A stretch of DNA of 64,000 nucleotides, taken from positions 124,001 to 188,000 of the forward strand of contig JANNQV010000027.1 of the NCBI GenBank assembly GCA_031400935.1. Reading direction: 5' to 3'. The position numbers and the translations under genes were made by a program. A model generated the notes under the pieces. The model was not told the origin of the DNA. It searched no databases and worked only from the letters and a program-made list of their open reading frames with translations. This DNA is from Armatimonadota bacterium (lineage in GTDB: Bacteria; Armatimonadota; Fimbriimonadia; Fimbriimonadales; Fimbriimonadaceae). Of the stretch, positions 46,134 to 56,977 are shown one piece after another; position 1 is the stretch's first letter, and every line of letters starts with the position of its first letter.

Positions 46134-47480
46134 TTATTTCCTTTCGTGGCTCGACCTCACGACCATCCGCAAAGACGTTCCTTCCAAGGCATATTGCTTT
46201 CGAAACACATTTTCCAAGTACCGCATGTACGAAAAATGCACGAGTTCAGGGTCGTTTACAAAGAAAACGAACGTTGGCGGGGCGGTCTTCACCTGTGTGC
46301 AGTAGTACATTTTTAGAGTTTTGCCTTTTCGAGTGAGTGGTTTTTTGTGGAAGGCTTCTGCAAACAGCCGATTGAGTTGCCCAGTGGAAAGACGGAAGTT
46401 GTAGTTCTCCATCGCCTTGAAAACGGTTCTCAAAACAGCTTCCAAACCAGCCGATTCTTTCGCGCTTGTGAAGCAAACCTGGGCGTAGCCCACTTCGGGC
46501 AATTGGTCTTGCAGAGTCTGTCGCATCACTTTTTTCGGGATGGATTTGTTTCGCGGCTGCCCGTCTGGCGGCTCGACCAGATCCCATTTGTTGACAACGA
46601 TGACGACCGCCTTGCCGTCATCATGAGCCATTTTTGCTACACGCTTGTCACCGTCGGTCAATCCTTCGTCGCCAGCGACGATGATCAGAGCGCAATCGCA
46701 TCTCTCGATTGCGCGCTTCGCGCGATCCGCCATGTAGTATTCAATTGAGCCTTGAATCTTGCCCTTGCGGCGTAGTCCGGCTGTGTCAATCAGCCGAATC
46801 GTCTCATTATCCAGCTTCAGAACCGTATCCACAGTGTCGCGGGTCGTGCCTGGGATCGAAGAAACAATCGCCCTGGTCTCGCCGGAGAAAGCGTTTAGCA
46901 GCGAGGACTTGCCCACGTTCGGCCTGCCGATGATCGCAAGCCGGGTTTCGTCTGGCTTTTCCTCTTGCTCTGAAGCAGCGGGAATCAGTTCAACGATGTG
47001 ATCCAAAAGGTCTGCAACTCCCCTGCCATGAAGCGAAGAAATGGGAAATATCTCGCCAAGCCCAAGTTCATAAAACTCGGAGGCAAAGCCGTCTCGCTGA
47101 GGATTGTCGGCTTTGTTCACGACAACCAAAAGCGGCTTTTTGAACCCGCGGAACCGGTCTGCAAGTAGCTGATCGTCGGGGTGCGAGCCAGCTGTTGCAT
47201 CCGTGAGAAACAGAACCACGTCCGCTTCTTCGATAGCGATTTGAGCTTGAATTCGAATCTGCTCGACCAGCGGGTCGTCGTCGTGGAACAGAATTCCGCC
47301 TGTATCTACCACTGTAATCCGCTTTCCGCGCCATTCGGTTTCTGCGTAAAGTCGGTCGCGAGTGATGCCAGGCTCGTCTTCGACTACCGCCACGCGCTTC
47401 TTGATGAGGCGGTTAAAAAGAGTGCTCTTTCCCACATTTGGGCGGCCAACGATGACGATAACAGGCAGTTTTTTGCTCAT
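46134..47480 (-). CDS. der: Ribosome biogenesis GTPase Der
   Basis: Two GRPNVGKS P-loops, DTGG/DTAG, NKAD/NKWD, KH-like C-terminus. Confidence 0.97.
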   Translation of the reverse strand: MSKKLPVIVIVGRPNVGKSTLFNRLIKKRVAVVEDEPGITRDRLYAETEWRGKRITVVDTGGILFHDDDPLVEQIRIQAQIAIEEADVVLFLTDATAGSHPDDQLLADRFRGFKKPLLVVVNKADNPQRDGFASEFYELGLGEIFPISSLHGRGVADLLDHIVELIPAASEQEEKPDETRLAIIGRPNVGKSSLLNAFSGETRAIVSSIPGTTRDTVDTVLKLDNETIRLIDTAGLRRKGKIQGSIEYYMADRAKRAIERCDCALIIVAGDEGLTDGDKRVAKMAHDDGKAVVIVVNKWDLVEPPDGQPRNKSIPKKVMRQTLQDQLPEVGYAQVCFTSAKESAGLEAVLRTVFKAMENYNFRLSTGQLNRLFAEAFHKKPLTRKGKTLKMYYCTQVKTAPPTFVFFVNDPELVHFSYMRYLENVFRKQYALEGTSLRMVVRSSHERK

Positions 47481-47520
47481 AGCTGGCTCTTGGGGAAACC
47501 ATAGGGTACCTGGGAAGGGG

Positions 47521-47645
47521 CTGAGCTGGGTGATTTGGGTGAAATGGGTGAATTGGGTGACTGCTACGAGAGGCTCGAAATCTCACGAGTTAATCGCAGA
47601 GGTTCGCGGAAAGAAACTGCGAACCTCCGCGTCCACCGTGTGAAG
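47521..47645. repeat. 9-mer tandem repeats followed by an imperfect hairpin
   Basis: CTGGGTGAT, TTGGGTGAA, ATGGGTGAA, TTGGGTGAC; then CGCAGAGGTTCGCGG...CTGCGAACCTCCGCG. Confidence 0.6.
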
Positions 47646-47761
47646 AAAACTCTATGGATTCTAACGCAAAATTTCCAAAGCTGCGTAAACAACTCTTTGA
47701 ACCCACATTCCCCATTCCTTACCGCTATGGTATAATCCCATTTCGATTTAGGACTAACGAC

Positions 47762-47896
47762 ATGAAACGCACCTTCCAGCCGAATAACAGACACCAACAG
47801 AAGACGCATGGCTTTCGTGTCCGAATGAAAACCCACGACGGGCAAAACACGCTCAAGCGACGTCGCGCACGTGGCCGACACCGCCTTTCCTACTAG
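47762..47896 (+). CDS. rpmH: 50S ribosomal protein L34
   Basis: [10 protein letters not shown]...[10 protein letters not shown]...[18 protein letters not shown] promoter-like box upstream. Confidence 0.97.
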   Translation: MKRTFQPNNRHQQKTHGFRVRMKTHDGQNTLKRRRARGRHRLSY

Positions 47897-47937
47897 GCAA
47901 TATCGCAAGCCAACTCTCCAAAAATGGGTGAGTCATC

Positions 47938-48288
47938 GTGAGCCAATCCTTCAATCGCGGCATTTCTAAAGCCGAATTCGATAACATTTTTGAAAACGGA
48001 ATCCGAGTTTCCGGAATGTATTGCCGCGTCTTAGTTGCACGAGGCAAGGGCAGAGTAGGTATTTCGACTCCAAAAAAGGTCGGTTGCCATGCTCGCCGGA
48101 ACCGTTTGAAACGCCGTTTGCGCGATGCCGTAAAGACTAGCGTGAATCTTCTATCGAACGATCGCGACACCGTTGTTCTTGGCAAATTTGAGGCAGAAGC
48201 GGCTTCTTTTTCAGAAATCTGCGCCGACATCAGCCAAACTCTAGCTAGAGCGAACGAATTATGGGAAAAGCAATCGGCATCTACTTGA
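47938..48288 (+). CDS. rnpA: Ribonuclease P protein component
   Basis: [20 protein letters not shown]; position after rpmH. Confidence 0.9.
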   Translation: MSQSFNRGISKAEFDNIFENGIRVSGMYCRVLVARGKGRVGISTPKKVGCHARRNRLKRRLRDAVKTSVNLLSNDRDTVVLGKFEAEAASFSEICADISQTLARANELWEKQSAST

Positions 48289-48470
48289 TTCGAATGTATC
48301 AGCGAAACACCAAATGGATGCCGCCAACCTGCCGATTTACACCAAGTTGCTCGAATTACACACTTCAAGCGGTAGAAAAATTTGGCTTGATAAAGGGTAG
48401 CTGGCTAGGAATCAAGCGAATTGCCCGATGCCACCCCTGGCAAAAAGGGGGGCAAGACCCGGTACCATAG
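48261..48470 (+). CDS. yidD: Membrane protein insertion efficiency factor
   Basis: [24 protein letters not shown]. Confidence 0.95.
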   Translation: MGKAIGIYLIRMYQRNTKWMPPTCRFTPSCSNYTLQAVEKFGLIKGSWLGIKRIARCHPWQKGGQDPVP

Positions 48471-48536
48471 ACAGATTGCGGCTGCCTGCCACTTTTAACG
48501 ACCGCAGACTGGCAGCCATTCCAACGAGAACGATTT

Positions 48537-49886
48537 ATGAGCCAACCTGCGCCTAAGGGCCAATTTATTCAAATACTGTTGATCGGTGCCACGGTCTTTC
48601 TGGGTTTCCAGCTTTTTATGCAAAAAGGCCCAGCCGATACAAGGCCGATTAGTGAAATTTTAACAAAGATGCGAACGATGAATTCGCAAGTTCTTGACAT
48701 ATCAATTGTCGGGGAGAATTCAAAGCTCGATTCGAGAATCAATGAAGAGGTCTCAAAGAAGACCCTGGGCGAATCTGACGCAAAACGGCTGCGGATCCAA
48801 GGCTCAATCCTTGTCGCAAACACCCAGTTTCGAGCTGGTGTAAACCGAAGCGACTTCAATCGCCTTAATACTGCTTTTACAACGTTGCAACCTTTAGAAA
48901 GGGCAATGCAAGTTGATCCTGTTTGGACACAATCAAAGGTCAAATTAGGCCCTCACCACAAATACCCGGCTACTGAATACACCGGGCAGGAAATGTATAA
49001 GGCGATCGTTGATGATCTTTCCGCAAGGTCAAAAACGGATTTGCTTTACGGAATCGTTCCTGGATACAAAGTTATTGATGTGCTGGTTCAAGCGACGGGC
49101 AAACTGCCGGGCCTGAGCTATTGGTTGGCGGCGCTGTTATTGGCCGCCATCGTGAGAATTGCTGTTTTTCCTCTTGCGCAAAAGCAGTACATGTTTGGCC
49201 GTCAGATGAGCCAATTGTCGCCATTGCTGGCTGAAATCAAAGAGCAATACACGGACAAAAAGACGAAGCAAGTCATCAATCCGCAAGAGTTTCAAAAGCG
49301 AACGATGGAGCTTTATGGGGAATACGGCATCAATCCGATGGCTGGCTGCTTCCCGGCGCTTATCCAGATTCCGTTTTTCCTATTGATCTACAACTGCATG
49401 CTCCACTACCAATTTGAATTCCAAAAAGGAGTATTTGCTTGGATCAATCCAACAATGAGCCAAGCAACTGGCGGGTTTATCGCGCCAAATCTAGGACAGC
49501 GAGACTACATTCTCATCGGCATCTATGCGATCTCCATGATCGTTACCACTATGCTCGCGCCGATATCAACTTCCGATCCAGCTCAAGCGAAGCAGCAAAA
49601 GTGGATCGGAATCGGAATGTCCGTCCTGTTTTCCGTCATCATGTTTTTCTGGCCGCTTCCGTCGGCTTTCGTTCTCTATTGGGTGTTTCTAAACGTTTTT
49701 GCAACGATGCACATGCTTTATGCTTACCGCTTACCCGCGCCTCCGTTGCAGAAGGTGAATGCACCTGGTGGAGGAACTTTTCCACTGACTCCAAAACCGC
49801 AATCAGGCGGATCTAATGGCAAGTCAAGTGTGAAACCTAGCAAGGGAACAGGAACTCCCGTGAAGCACCGCCCGAAGAAAAAATAG
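48537..49886 (+). CDS. yidC: Membrane protein insertase YidC
   Basis: VRIAVFPL, MELY..YGINPMAGCFPALIQIP, LPSAFVLYW. Confidence 0.93.
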   Translation: MSQPAPKGQFIQILLIGATVFLGFQLFMQKGPADTRPISEILTKMRTMNSQVLDISIVGENSKLDSRINEEVSKKTLGESDAKRLRIQGSILVANTQFRAGVNRSDFNRLNTAFTTLQPLERAMQVDPVWTQSKVKLGPHHKYPATEYTGQEMYKAIVDDLSARSKTDLLYGIVPGYKVIDVLVQATGKLPGLSYWLAALLLAAIVRIAVFPLAQKQYMFGRQMSQLSPLLAEIKEQYTDKKTKQVINPQEFQKRTMELYGEYGINPMAGCFPALIQIPFFLLIYNCMLHYQFEFQKGVFAWINPTMSQATGGFIAPNLGQRDYILIGIYAISMIVTTMLAPISTSDPAQAKQQKWIGIGMSVLFSVIMFFWPLPSAFVLYWVFLNVFATMHMLYAYRLPAPPLQKVNAPGGGTFPLTPKPQSGGSNGKSSVKPSKGTGTPVKHRPKKK

Positions 49887-49901
49887 TCTGGAGCAAATCT
49901 T

Positions 49902-50735
49902 ATGTCATCAATCGAAATTACTGGAAAGAACGTAGCCGATGCGACTGCAAAGGCTGCCACTGAACTTGGAGTAGACGCCAAGTCAATAACCGTCACAATT
50001 TTGGACGAGCAGAAGGGGCTTTTTGGCAAAAGCACTGTAAAAATTCGAGCCGAAGTGGCGGATGCTAAGCCAAAGAAGGGAGCCAAACCAAAGGCGGCGG
50101 AGGTTGTTGAAGCAACTCCCGAGGCCATAGTTGAAGCTCCTACTGAAGTTGTAGAAGAATCTCCAGCCCCTGCAAAGGCCAAGCGAGGCGCAAAGAAAGT
50201 GGAGCCTGCGAAGGCAGTTGTGGAAGCCACTGCACAACCAGATGGCGAAGAAGACGAAGAACGAGCTGAAGTCGTTGCAACAGAAGAAGACGAAACTGCG
50301 ATTGCAGCCATTGTCGCTCAATTGATGGAATCCGGCGATCTCGATGTCCAAGTTGAAGAAACCAGTCGCCAAGGCAAATATGTGAACGTCGTGCTAGATG
50401 GCAAAGACGCAGCGCATTTGGTCGGCAAGCACGGCGAAGTCTTGAACGCACTTCAATATCTTGTCAATGTCATGCTGACTCAAAAGCGAAAGAACGGAGT
50501 TCGAGCTACCATTGACGGTGGAAATTACCGTCGAAAGCGTGAAGAGGCACTAACTAAGCTGGCGACCAATATAGCGAACGAAGTCAAAAAGCGTGGCGAA
50601 GAAGCGGTTTTGGACGCTCTTCCAGCTTTTGAAAGGCGAATCGTGCACAAGGTGCTTTCGGAAATCGAAGGGATTGGAACGTACAGCGAAGGCGAAGAGC
50701 CAAATCGAAGAGTTGTTATTGCTCCGTCGGAGTAG
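49902..50735 (+). CDS. jag: Jag/EloR (KhpB) RNA-binding protein
   Basis: Jag_N, KH ([15 protein letters not shown]), R3H (ERRIVH), [12 protein letters not shown]. Confidence 0.93.
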   Translation: MSSIEITGKNVADATAKAATELGVDAKSITVTILDEQKGLFGKSTVKIRAEVADAKPKKGAKPKAAEVVEATPEAIVEAPTEVVEESPAPAKAKRGAKKVEPAKAVVEATAQPDGEEDEERAEVVATEEDETAIAAIVAQLMESGDLDVQVEETSRQGKYVNVVLDGKDAAHLVGKHGEVLNALQYLVNVMLTQKRKNGVRATIDGGNYRRKREEALTKLATNIANEVKKRGEEAVLDALPAFERRIVHKVLSEIEGIGTYSEGEEPNRRVVIAPSE

Positions 50736-50750
50736 GAACTTTCCGAACTC

Positions 50751-50800
50751 CACCCCCAAACCCCCTCCTCATTGCTCGTTCCTCGCAACAAGGAGGGGGA
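50751..50800. repeat. C-rich/G-rich hairpin element (REP-like or terminator)
   Basis: CCCCCAAACCCCCTCCT...AGGAGGGGG downstream of jag. Confidence 0.55.
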
Positions 50801-50848
50801 ACTGAGTTCATAGTCTCGATTCCCGGCAAAATCGCCTACAATATACTC

Positions 50849-51928
50849 ATGGCTGCGACGATGATGACTGAACTTGACCGAATTGCTTCAATTCTAAAGA
50901 ACGACGAACTTCTCAACTTTTCGAATCCTAAAATTGACAAAAAACACCTTCACTTGCCTGGACCGGACTTTGTGAACCGCATTTTTGTAAGCTCAGACCG
51001 CAATAACAAGGTTCTCGGCAATTTGCAAAAAATTTACGGAAATGGGCGGCTCGCAAACACAGGATACGTGAGCATCCTTCCGGTTGACCAAGGAATCGAG
51101 CATAGCGCCGGAGCGAGTTTTGCAAAGAATCCAGCCTATTTTGACCCAGAAAACATCGTCAAGCTGGCGATTGAAGGCGGATGCAATGCCGTTGCATCCA
51201 CGTATGGAGCTTTGGGATCGGTCGCAAGAAAATATGCTCACCAGATTCCATTTTTGGTCAAGATCAACCATAACGAGCTATTGACCTATCCAAACAAGGC
51301 CGACCAAATTCTATTTGGCAACATCGAAGAGGCATGGAACATGGGTGCCGCAGCGGTCGGAGCAACGATTTATTTCGGCTCTGATGGTGCATCTCGCCAA
51401 ATCGTCGAAGTTGCCGAATGCTTCCAGCATGCACACGAACTTGGAATGGCGACTGTTCTTTGGTGCTATTTGCGAAACGACGCATTCAAGAGCGACAAGG
51501 ATTATCATCTTTCTGCGGACCTGACTGGCCAAGCCAACCATCTAGGAGTGACCATTCAAGCCGATATAATCAAACAGAAGTTACCCGAGAATAACGGCGG
51601 ATTTTTGGCGCTCAATACTGGCAGCAGCAGCTACGGCAAGCTCGATAAACGAATCTATTCGGAACTCACAAGCGATCATCCGATTGACCTTTGCCGTTAC
51701 CAAGTTGCGAACTGCTTCATGGGGCGAGCAGGGCTCATCAACTCCGGCGGCGCCTCTGGCGACAACGACCTTCAAGATGCCGTTGCGACAGCCGTTATCA
51801 ATAAGCGAGCAGGCGGACAAGGTCTGATTTCAGGACGAAAGTCGTTCCAACGTCCGATGAATGAAGGCGTGCAGATTTTGAATGCCATCCAAGATGTGTA
51901 TCTTTGCGATGGCGTAACGATCGCCTAA
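50849..51928 (+). CDS. fbaB: Class I fructose-bisphosphate aldolase
   Basis: [45 protein letters not shown]. Confidence 0.96.
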   Translation: MAATMMTELDRIASILKNDELLNFSNPKIDKKHLHLPGPDFVNRIFVSSDRNNKVLGNLQKIYGNGRLANTGYVSILPVDQGIEHSAGASFAKNPAYFDPENIVKLAIEGGCNAVASTYGALGSVARKYAHQIPFLVKINHNELLTYPNKADQILFGNIEEAWNMGAAAVGATIYFGSDGASRQIVEVAECFQHAHELGMATVLWCYLRNDAFKSDKDYHLSADLTGQANHLGVTIQADIIKQKLPENNGGFLALNTGSSSYGKLDKRIYSELTSDHPIDLCRYQVANCFMGRAGLINSGGASGDNDLQDAVATAVINKRAGGQGLISGRKSFQRPMNEGVQILNAIQDVYLCDGVTIA

Positions 51929-51930
51929 TA

Positions 51931-52036
51931 TGGGAGTGCGCGAGCTTGACCGCGCTCTATCTTGGGGCACCAGAAAGCGTAAGTTCAGCCTAGTTTTGAA
52001 CGCAATCTAAAGCGCGGTCAAGCCCGCGCACTCCCA
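51931..52036. repeat. REPIN-like inverted doublet (GGAG-type)
   Basis: TGGGAGTGCGCGAGCTTGACCGCGCT and AGCGCGGTCAAGCCCGCGCACTCCCA are 25/26 complementary. Confidence 0.8.
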
Positions 52037-52102
52037 AAGGCCGAACAAATCGAAGAGTTTTCGGTCTATGCTTGAGTATAACCCTGTTCGAGGCTAACTA
52101 GA

Positions 52103-53386
52103 ATGTTGAAATTTTCTCGCTACGTGCTTTTCAGTGCGCTCATCTGCTTGAATGTTGCCGTTTCGGCGCAAAATCCCCCAACTCCCCCGTCTATTCCACC
52201 CGTTGCGCCAGTCTCGAATACAGAAGCGGTTTCTTCTGAGCAAAAAGCTGACATTCTAAAGGCTGTCGCAGAAATTATTGATCGCAGAATGTACGTCACT
52301 GGAATTGACCTGAAAAAGTGGCCGGAAAATCTTGCGAAGCATCAAGCAAATATAGACAAAGCTGAGACGACAAGAACATTCATCACCGAAGTGAATCGGG
52401 CGTTTCGAGAATTCGGATTCAGCCACCTTCGGCTTCGGTCTCCATCTGCTGCTAGAACCCGGCAAGAAGGACCAATTGCAGTCGGATTTGGAATGACAGT
52501 TGAGAAAGATGGCGACGCGCTAATCGTTCGTACCGTTGTTGTTGGGAGTCCTGCTGCAAACGCGGGAATAAGTGTTGGCGACAAAATCGTGGAATGCGAT
52601 GGCAAGTTGCCCGATTCGCCAGCGGTTTTAAGTGGCGAGCGAGGCACTTCGACCAAATTGAAGGTACTCAAACTATCTGGCCAATCAATTGATCTTGAAT
52701 TGCAACGGCAACAGTTTTCGACAGCTAAAAAGGACACTTTGAAGTGGACAGACGAGGAAACTGCGGTGCTAAGAGTGTTTTCATTTAGTCGTGGATACGA
52801 TCGAGAGAACATTGAAAAATTGGTTTCAGAAGCGAACGCGAAGGCGAAATTCCTAATCCTGGACTTGCGCTCAAACGGTGGCGGAGCAACCGACAATTTG
52901 CGCCATTTACTCAGCTTGCTGTTGCCAAAGGAATCCGTTATTGGAACTTTTGTCAATAAGCGCGAAGCAGAAAGATACGCCGAGGCAAACGGCGGGGAAG
53001 CTTCTGATCCCATCAAAATCGCATCTTTCAGCCAGCGTAAATATCGGACGTCTGAAGGGAAAGTACCCGCATTTGTGGGAAAAATCGCTGTGCTAATCAA
53101 TCGAGGATCGGCTTCGGCTTCAGAGATTTGTGCGGCGGCATTGAGGGAAATTTCAGGCTCGCCGATTGTTGGCGGGAGGTCTGCTGGGGCAGTTTTGGCT
53201 TCGGTTTACGGGAAGCTGCCGCATGGATTCGAAATTCAATATCCGATAACCGACTATGTGACTGCAAAGGGAATTCGGCTCGAAGGCAATCCGCTTATTC
53301 CCGATTTTGAAAGTTCGACCGTGCCCATTGGGGAACGGGACGATGCGCTTGAAAAGGCAATTTCCGTGCTCAAAAACAAACCATAA
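52103..53386 (+). CDS. S41 C-terminal processing peptidase with PDZ domain
   Basis: Signal peptide, GSPAANAGI, LILDLRSNGGG, SASASE. Confidence 0.9.
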   Translation: MLKFSRYVLFSALICLNVAVSAQNPPTPPSIPPVAPVSNTEAVSSEQKADILKAVAEIIDRRMYVTGIDLKKWPENLAKHQANIDKAETTRTFITEVNRAFREFGFSHLRLRSPSAARTRQEGPIAVGFGMTVEKDGDALIVRTVVVGSPAANAGISVGDKIVECDGKLPDSPAVLSGERGTSTKLKVLKLSGQSIDLELQRQQFSTAKKDTLKWTDEETAVLRVFSFSRGYDRENIEKLVSEANAKAKFLILDLRSNGGGATDNLRHLLSLLLPKESVIGTFVNKREAERYAEANGGEASDPIKIASFSQRKYRTSEGKVPAFVGKIAVLINRGSASASEICAAALREISGSPIVGGRSAGAVLASVYGKLPHGFEIQYPITDYVTAKGIRLEGNPLIPDFESSTVPIGERDDALEKAISVLKNKP

Positions 53387-53392
53387 TCTTTC

Positions 53393-54313
53393 ATGCCAAA
53401 GCCAAAACCGTTGAAGCAAGGGGACCTAATTCGGATTGTGTCGCCAGCTTCGCCGTTGCTTCCCGAAAAAGTTGACTTTGCTCAAGCAATGTTGGAAAGT
53501 TGGGGGTATCGAGTTGACTTTGGAAAGCATTGCTTTGATTGGACTGATCACCTTGCCGGTTCTGACGAGGATCGGGCAAGTGACTTGATGGAAGCGTTTT
53601 GCGACCCCGGCGTGAGCGCAGTTTTTTGCGCGCGAGGCGGTTATGGATGTGCCCGGCTGTTTCCATTTCTCGACCTTGATGCGATGGCAAATTCGCGCAA
53701 GATGTTCCTTGGCTTTAGCGACATTACGACTTTGCACCTAGCTTTGAATCAGAGAGGGCTCCCAACGCTCCATGCACCGATGCCTTTGACCCTGACGGTG
53801 CCTAGGGAAGATTGGGTAATCGAATCTCTTCGGCGAAACCTGATGGGTGACACTTCGGTTCCAGAAAGTGCATTGAAGGGGACAACCGTAGTTGGTGGAG
53901 GTGCTGAAGGAATCGTCACAGGAGGGTGCTTGATTCTGATGTGCGACAGTTTTGGAACCCAAAACAGCCTCAATTGCAAGGGGAAAATCGTCATTATTGA
54001 GGACGTAGATGAAGATCCGCATCGAATTGATGCCATGCTGACTCACTTGCTAAATGAAGGTTCGATTCGAAGTGCGGCGGGAATTGTTGTCGGAGAAATG
54101 ACCCGAACGGACGAAAAGCGAGACGAAGGGATTGGCGGAAGACCCTGGAGACAAATTGTGGAAGAACGGCTTGCCCCGCTTGGAATTCCCATGATTGTTG
54201 ATTATCCTTTTGGGCATGCTCCAAGCATGCTCACTTTGCCGCTCGGAATTCGGGCAAAACTAGTTGCCAACGTCGGAACACTCGCCTATCTGGAGTCTTT
54301 ATGCGAAAATTAG
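53393..54313 (+). CDS. ldcA: LD-carboxypeptidase (S66)
   Basis: ARGGYG, GFSDIT, IIEDVDE, FGH, LPLG. Confidence 0.9.
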   Translation: MPKPKPLKQGDLIRIVSPASPLLPEKVDFAQAMLESWGYRVDFGKHCFDWTDHLAGSDEDRASDLMEAFCDPGVSAVFCARGGYGCARLFPFLDLDAMANSRKMFLGFSDITTLHLALNQRGLPTLHAPMPLTLTVPREDWVIESLRRNLMGDTSVPESALKGTTVVGGGAEGIVTGGCLILMCDSFGTQNSLNCKGKIVIIEDVDEDPHRIDAMLTHLLNEGSIRSAAGIVVGEMTRTDEKRDEGIGGRPWRQIVEERLAPLGIPMIVDYPFGHAPSMLTLPLGIRAKLVANVGTLAYLESLCEN

Positions 54314-55671
54314 TTGCCATTTTCATTTTTGCTATAACATTCATTACAGGTAACGCACAGGTTTGGGAAAAACTGGTTGCTCCAGGACTGACGTACCGGA
54401 TGGAAATTGACCCAATCACTCCTCAAGTGATCCATGCTCTGCGCTGGACGCCTGATTCGACCGAAACTCGGGCCGTGCCGGAGTTGGCTGGCGAAACAGT
54501 CTTTGGAATTGAGGCTAATGGAGGTCGAGCTACGGTCTCTGCGATGGTGTCTCAACATAGGGCAATCGCTGGAATCAACGCTGATTTCTTTCCTTGGAGC
54601 GGTGATCCAATAGGGCTAATGATTCGTAATAGCGAGCTCCTAAGCAGACCCTATCCGAACAGAAGTTTCATCGCCTGGGGAGGCGGGAAATCGCTGTTTG
54701 CTACGTCGGGATTCACTGCGAAAGTTAAAATTGGAGACGCAGAATTGGTCGCAATGGGCTGGAATGAAGAAAATCCTGACAATTGCATAACGATCAATAC
54801 AGGAGATGCTGGATTAGCAAAATCAAAGGTCCCGGCTGCGTACGTTGTCCTCGAAATTTCGGAAGACAATCAAATTGCAACCGGGAAAATGGTTGGGACA
54901 GTAACGAAAGTACTTCATGGAGCAACTTCTTATCCAACCGACGAAAATGTCGTCGTCATTGTCGGGTCTGGGACGGAAGGGCTGAAATTAGAGTCATTTG
55001 CGATTGGAGCAGTGGTCGAAATATCTTGGGAACTCTTACGGCCGGAACTTCGGAGGATTCATCATGCGATAGCTGGCGGACCGACCTTGCTTCGTGGGGG
55101 AAAGATTGTTTCTGAATGGGCTGCAGAAGGATTTACGGAAAAATTTTCTTTTCAACGACATCCTCGCACCGCAGTAGGACGCACAAATTCTGGATACCTC
55201 TGGTTTGTTGCGATTGACGGACGGAGCAACCTAAGTGCTGGCGCCACTCTAGAAGAAACAGCGAGAATATTAATGCGACTAAGCTGCACGGATGCTGTAA
55301 ACCTGGACGGAGGTGGAAGTACAACTCTCAATATTCAGGGAATCGTAGTCAATCGCCCGAGCGATGGAACAGAAAGGCCTGTAGCAAACGGAATTTTATT
55401 TTTTGGGCCCGAAATTGAATCTGCAAAGTCAAACTTCAAGATTTCAGGGCCAGAAACGGTTTCTCTTGATGAAACAAAGGGCCTTGAAGTCGTAAGTGGG
55501 CCCGAAGGGCCGATTTCTGCGAGCGAAATTATATGGTCTGCGGAAGGTGCAGCTTGGATTGACCAAGGAGGCTACCTTCGCCCGACTAAGGCGGGGCAGG
55601 TTACAGTTAGAGCTTGCTGCCGTGGGAAAACCATATCGAGAACATTCGAGATTTCAAAACCTCGAAAGTGA
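54301..55671 (+). CDS. Phosphodiester glycosidase (NAGPA) family protein with a C-terminal Ig-like domain
   Basis: GINADFF, HPRTAVG, IDGR, NLDGGGST, NRPSDG.ERPVAN. Confidence 0.88.
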   Translation: MRKLVAIFIFAITFITGNAQVWEKLVAPGLTYRMEIDPITPQVIHALRWTPDSTETRAVPELAGETVFGIEANGGRATVSAMVSQHRAIAGINADFFPWSGDPIGLMIRNSELLSRPYPNRSFIAWGGGKSLFATSGFTAKVKIGDAELVAMGWNEENPDNCITINTGDAGLAKSKVPAAYVVLEISEDNQIATGKMVGTVTKVLHGATSYPTDENVVVIVGSGTEGLKLESFAIGAVVEISWELLRPELRRIHHAIAGGPTLLRGGKIVSEWAAEGFTEKFSFQRHPRTAVGRTNSGYLWFVAIDGRSNLSAGATLEETARILMRLSCTDAVNLDGGGSTTLNIQGIVVNRPSDGTERPVANGILFFGPEIESAKSNFKISGPETVSLDETKGLEVVSGPEGPISASEIIWSAEGAAWIDQGGYLRPTKAGQVTVRACCRGKTISRTFEISKPRK

Positions 55672-55781
55672 TTTTGGAGGGCGGAGCCGCAAATCACGCT
55701 ACCGTTTTCTCGCGTCAACCTAAGCTCCGCGGAACGAAGACAATTGCAGGAACTTTCATTAACAAAGACGAACTTAGAATA

Positions 55782-56972
55782 ATGCTATTAGTTGGACTTG
55801 TAATCTCAATGGCGACCATAACTCTTCAATCAACTCCTGATCTTCTGAAACAAATTGATGCTAAGAGGCTTCGATCAGCCGTCGAAAAGCTTGCCTCGTT
55901 TCAGACGAGAAATACGCTTAGCGAAACACTGAACGATGCGGCGAAATGGCTACAGAGCGAGTATCAGAATATTCCTGGAGTTCAGGCCACCCTTTTTGAA
56001 TACATTTTGCCAAAATCTAGGCGAGTTCCCGATGACAAGAAAGTCGTGGAAGTTGTCGCTTGGCTGAATGGCTCGGGCTCAAATGCCAAGTCACTCGAAG
56101 AATTGCGGGGGCAAAGAGTTCTTCTGATCGGTGGGCATTTGGACTCGCTAAACCTGCAAGTTGATGCGGCAACGGGCCGAGCTCCTGGTGCGAATGACGA
56201 TGCTAGCGGAGCGGCGGCGGCATTGGAATGCGCGCGAATTATGGCGAAGCAAAAGTGGAGCCGTGCGGTTGTTTTTGTCGGACTTACAGGGGAAGAGCAG
56301 GGGCTACATGGTTCGAGAGCGCTTGCCAAATTCGCCAAGGCAAATGGTTGGATTTTGGAAGCTGTTTTGAGCAATGACACCGTTGGCAGCAGCGGAAACA
56401 AAGCTGGGCAAACCGAAAAGAAGCGCGTCCGGGTTTTCAGCGACGAAGCAGAATCCCACAATTCTCGCGAACTAGCTCGGTTTATCGAATGGACTGTCCG
56501 CAAGCACATGAAGGGTTTTGGGATCAAATTGGTGAATCGTGCTGATCGATTTGGTAGAGGAGGCGACCATACTCCCTTTGCTCAAGAAGGCTTTTCCGCT
56601 GTCAGATTCATTGAAGTTCATGAGGAATACACTCGTCAACACACTCCTGACGATTTGCCCGAATTCATGGATTGGACTTACCTTGCAAATGTGACAAAAT
56701 CGAATCTTGCAGTGCTTTGCGAACTCGCCAATGCTGGCCCTGCACCGATTGATGTGAGGGTGGCAAGGGATCAATCACACGATGGTTCTTTGACGTGGAA
56801 AAGTGTTGCGCGGACAAAGTATGTGGTCTTTTGGCGCTCCACGACCAGTCCAATCTGGGAAGGTTCCGTTCCAGTTGGCGAAGCGTTCAAGGCAACTGTC
56901 CCTAAGGTAAATAAAGACGATCACTTCTTTGCAGTTGGTGCTGTTGGTGGAATTCCGGTTCTGGCAAAGTAG
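55782..56972 (+). CDS. M28 family metallopeptidase
   Basis: GHLDS, PGANDDASG, GEEQGL, GRGGDH, QHTPDD. Confidence 0.9.
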   Translation: MLLVGLVISMATITLQSTPDLLKQIDAKRLRSAVEKLASFQTRNTLSETLNDAAKWLQSEYQNIPGVQATLFEYILPKSRRVPDDKKVVEVVAWLNGSGSNAKSLEELRGQRVLLIGGHLDSLNLQVDAATGRAPGANDDASGAAAALECARIMAKQKWSRAVVFVGLTGEEQGLHGSRALAKFAKANGWILEAVLSNDTVGSSGNKAGQTEKKRVRVFSDEAESHNSRELARFIEWTVRKHMKGFGIKLVNRADRFGRGGDHTPFAQEGFSAVRFIEVHEEYTRQHTPDDLPEFMDWTYLANVTKSNLAVLCELANAGPAPIDVRVARDQSHDGSLTWKSVARTKYVVFWRSTTSPIWEGSVPVGEAFKATVPKVNKDDHFFAVGAVGGIPVLAK

Positions 56973-56977
56973 CCTTG

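Noticed and set aside
47654..47761. Extended L34 N-terminus
   Set aside because: Canonical MKRT start at 47762 with promoter-like box and RBS inside the extension
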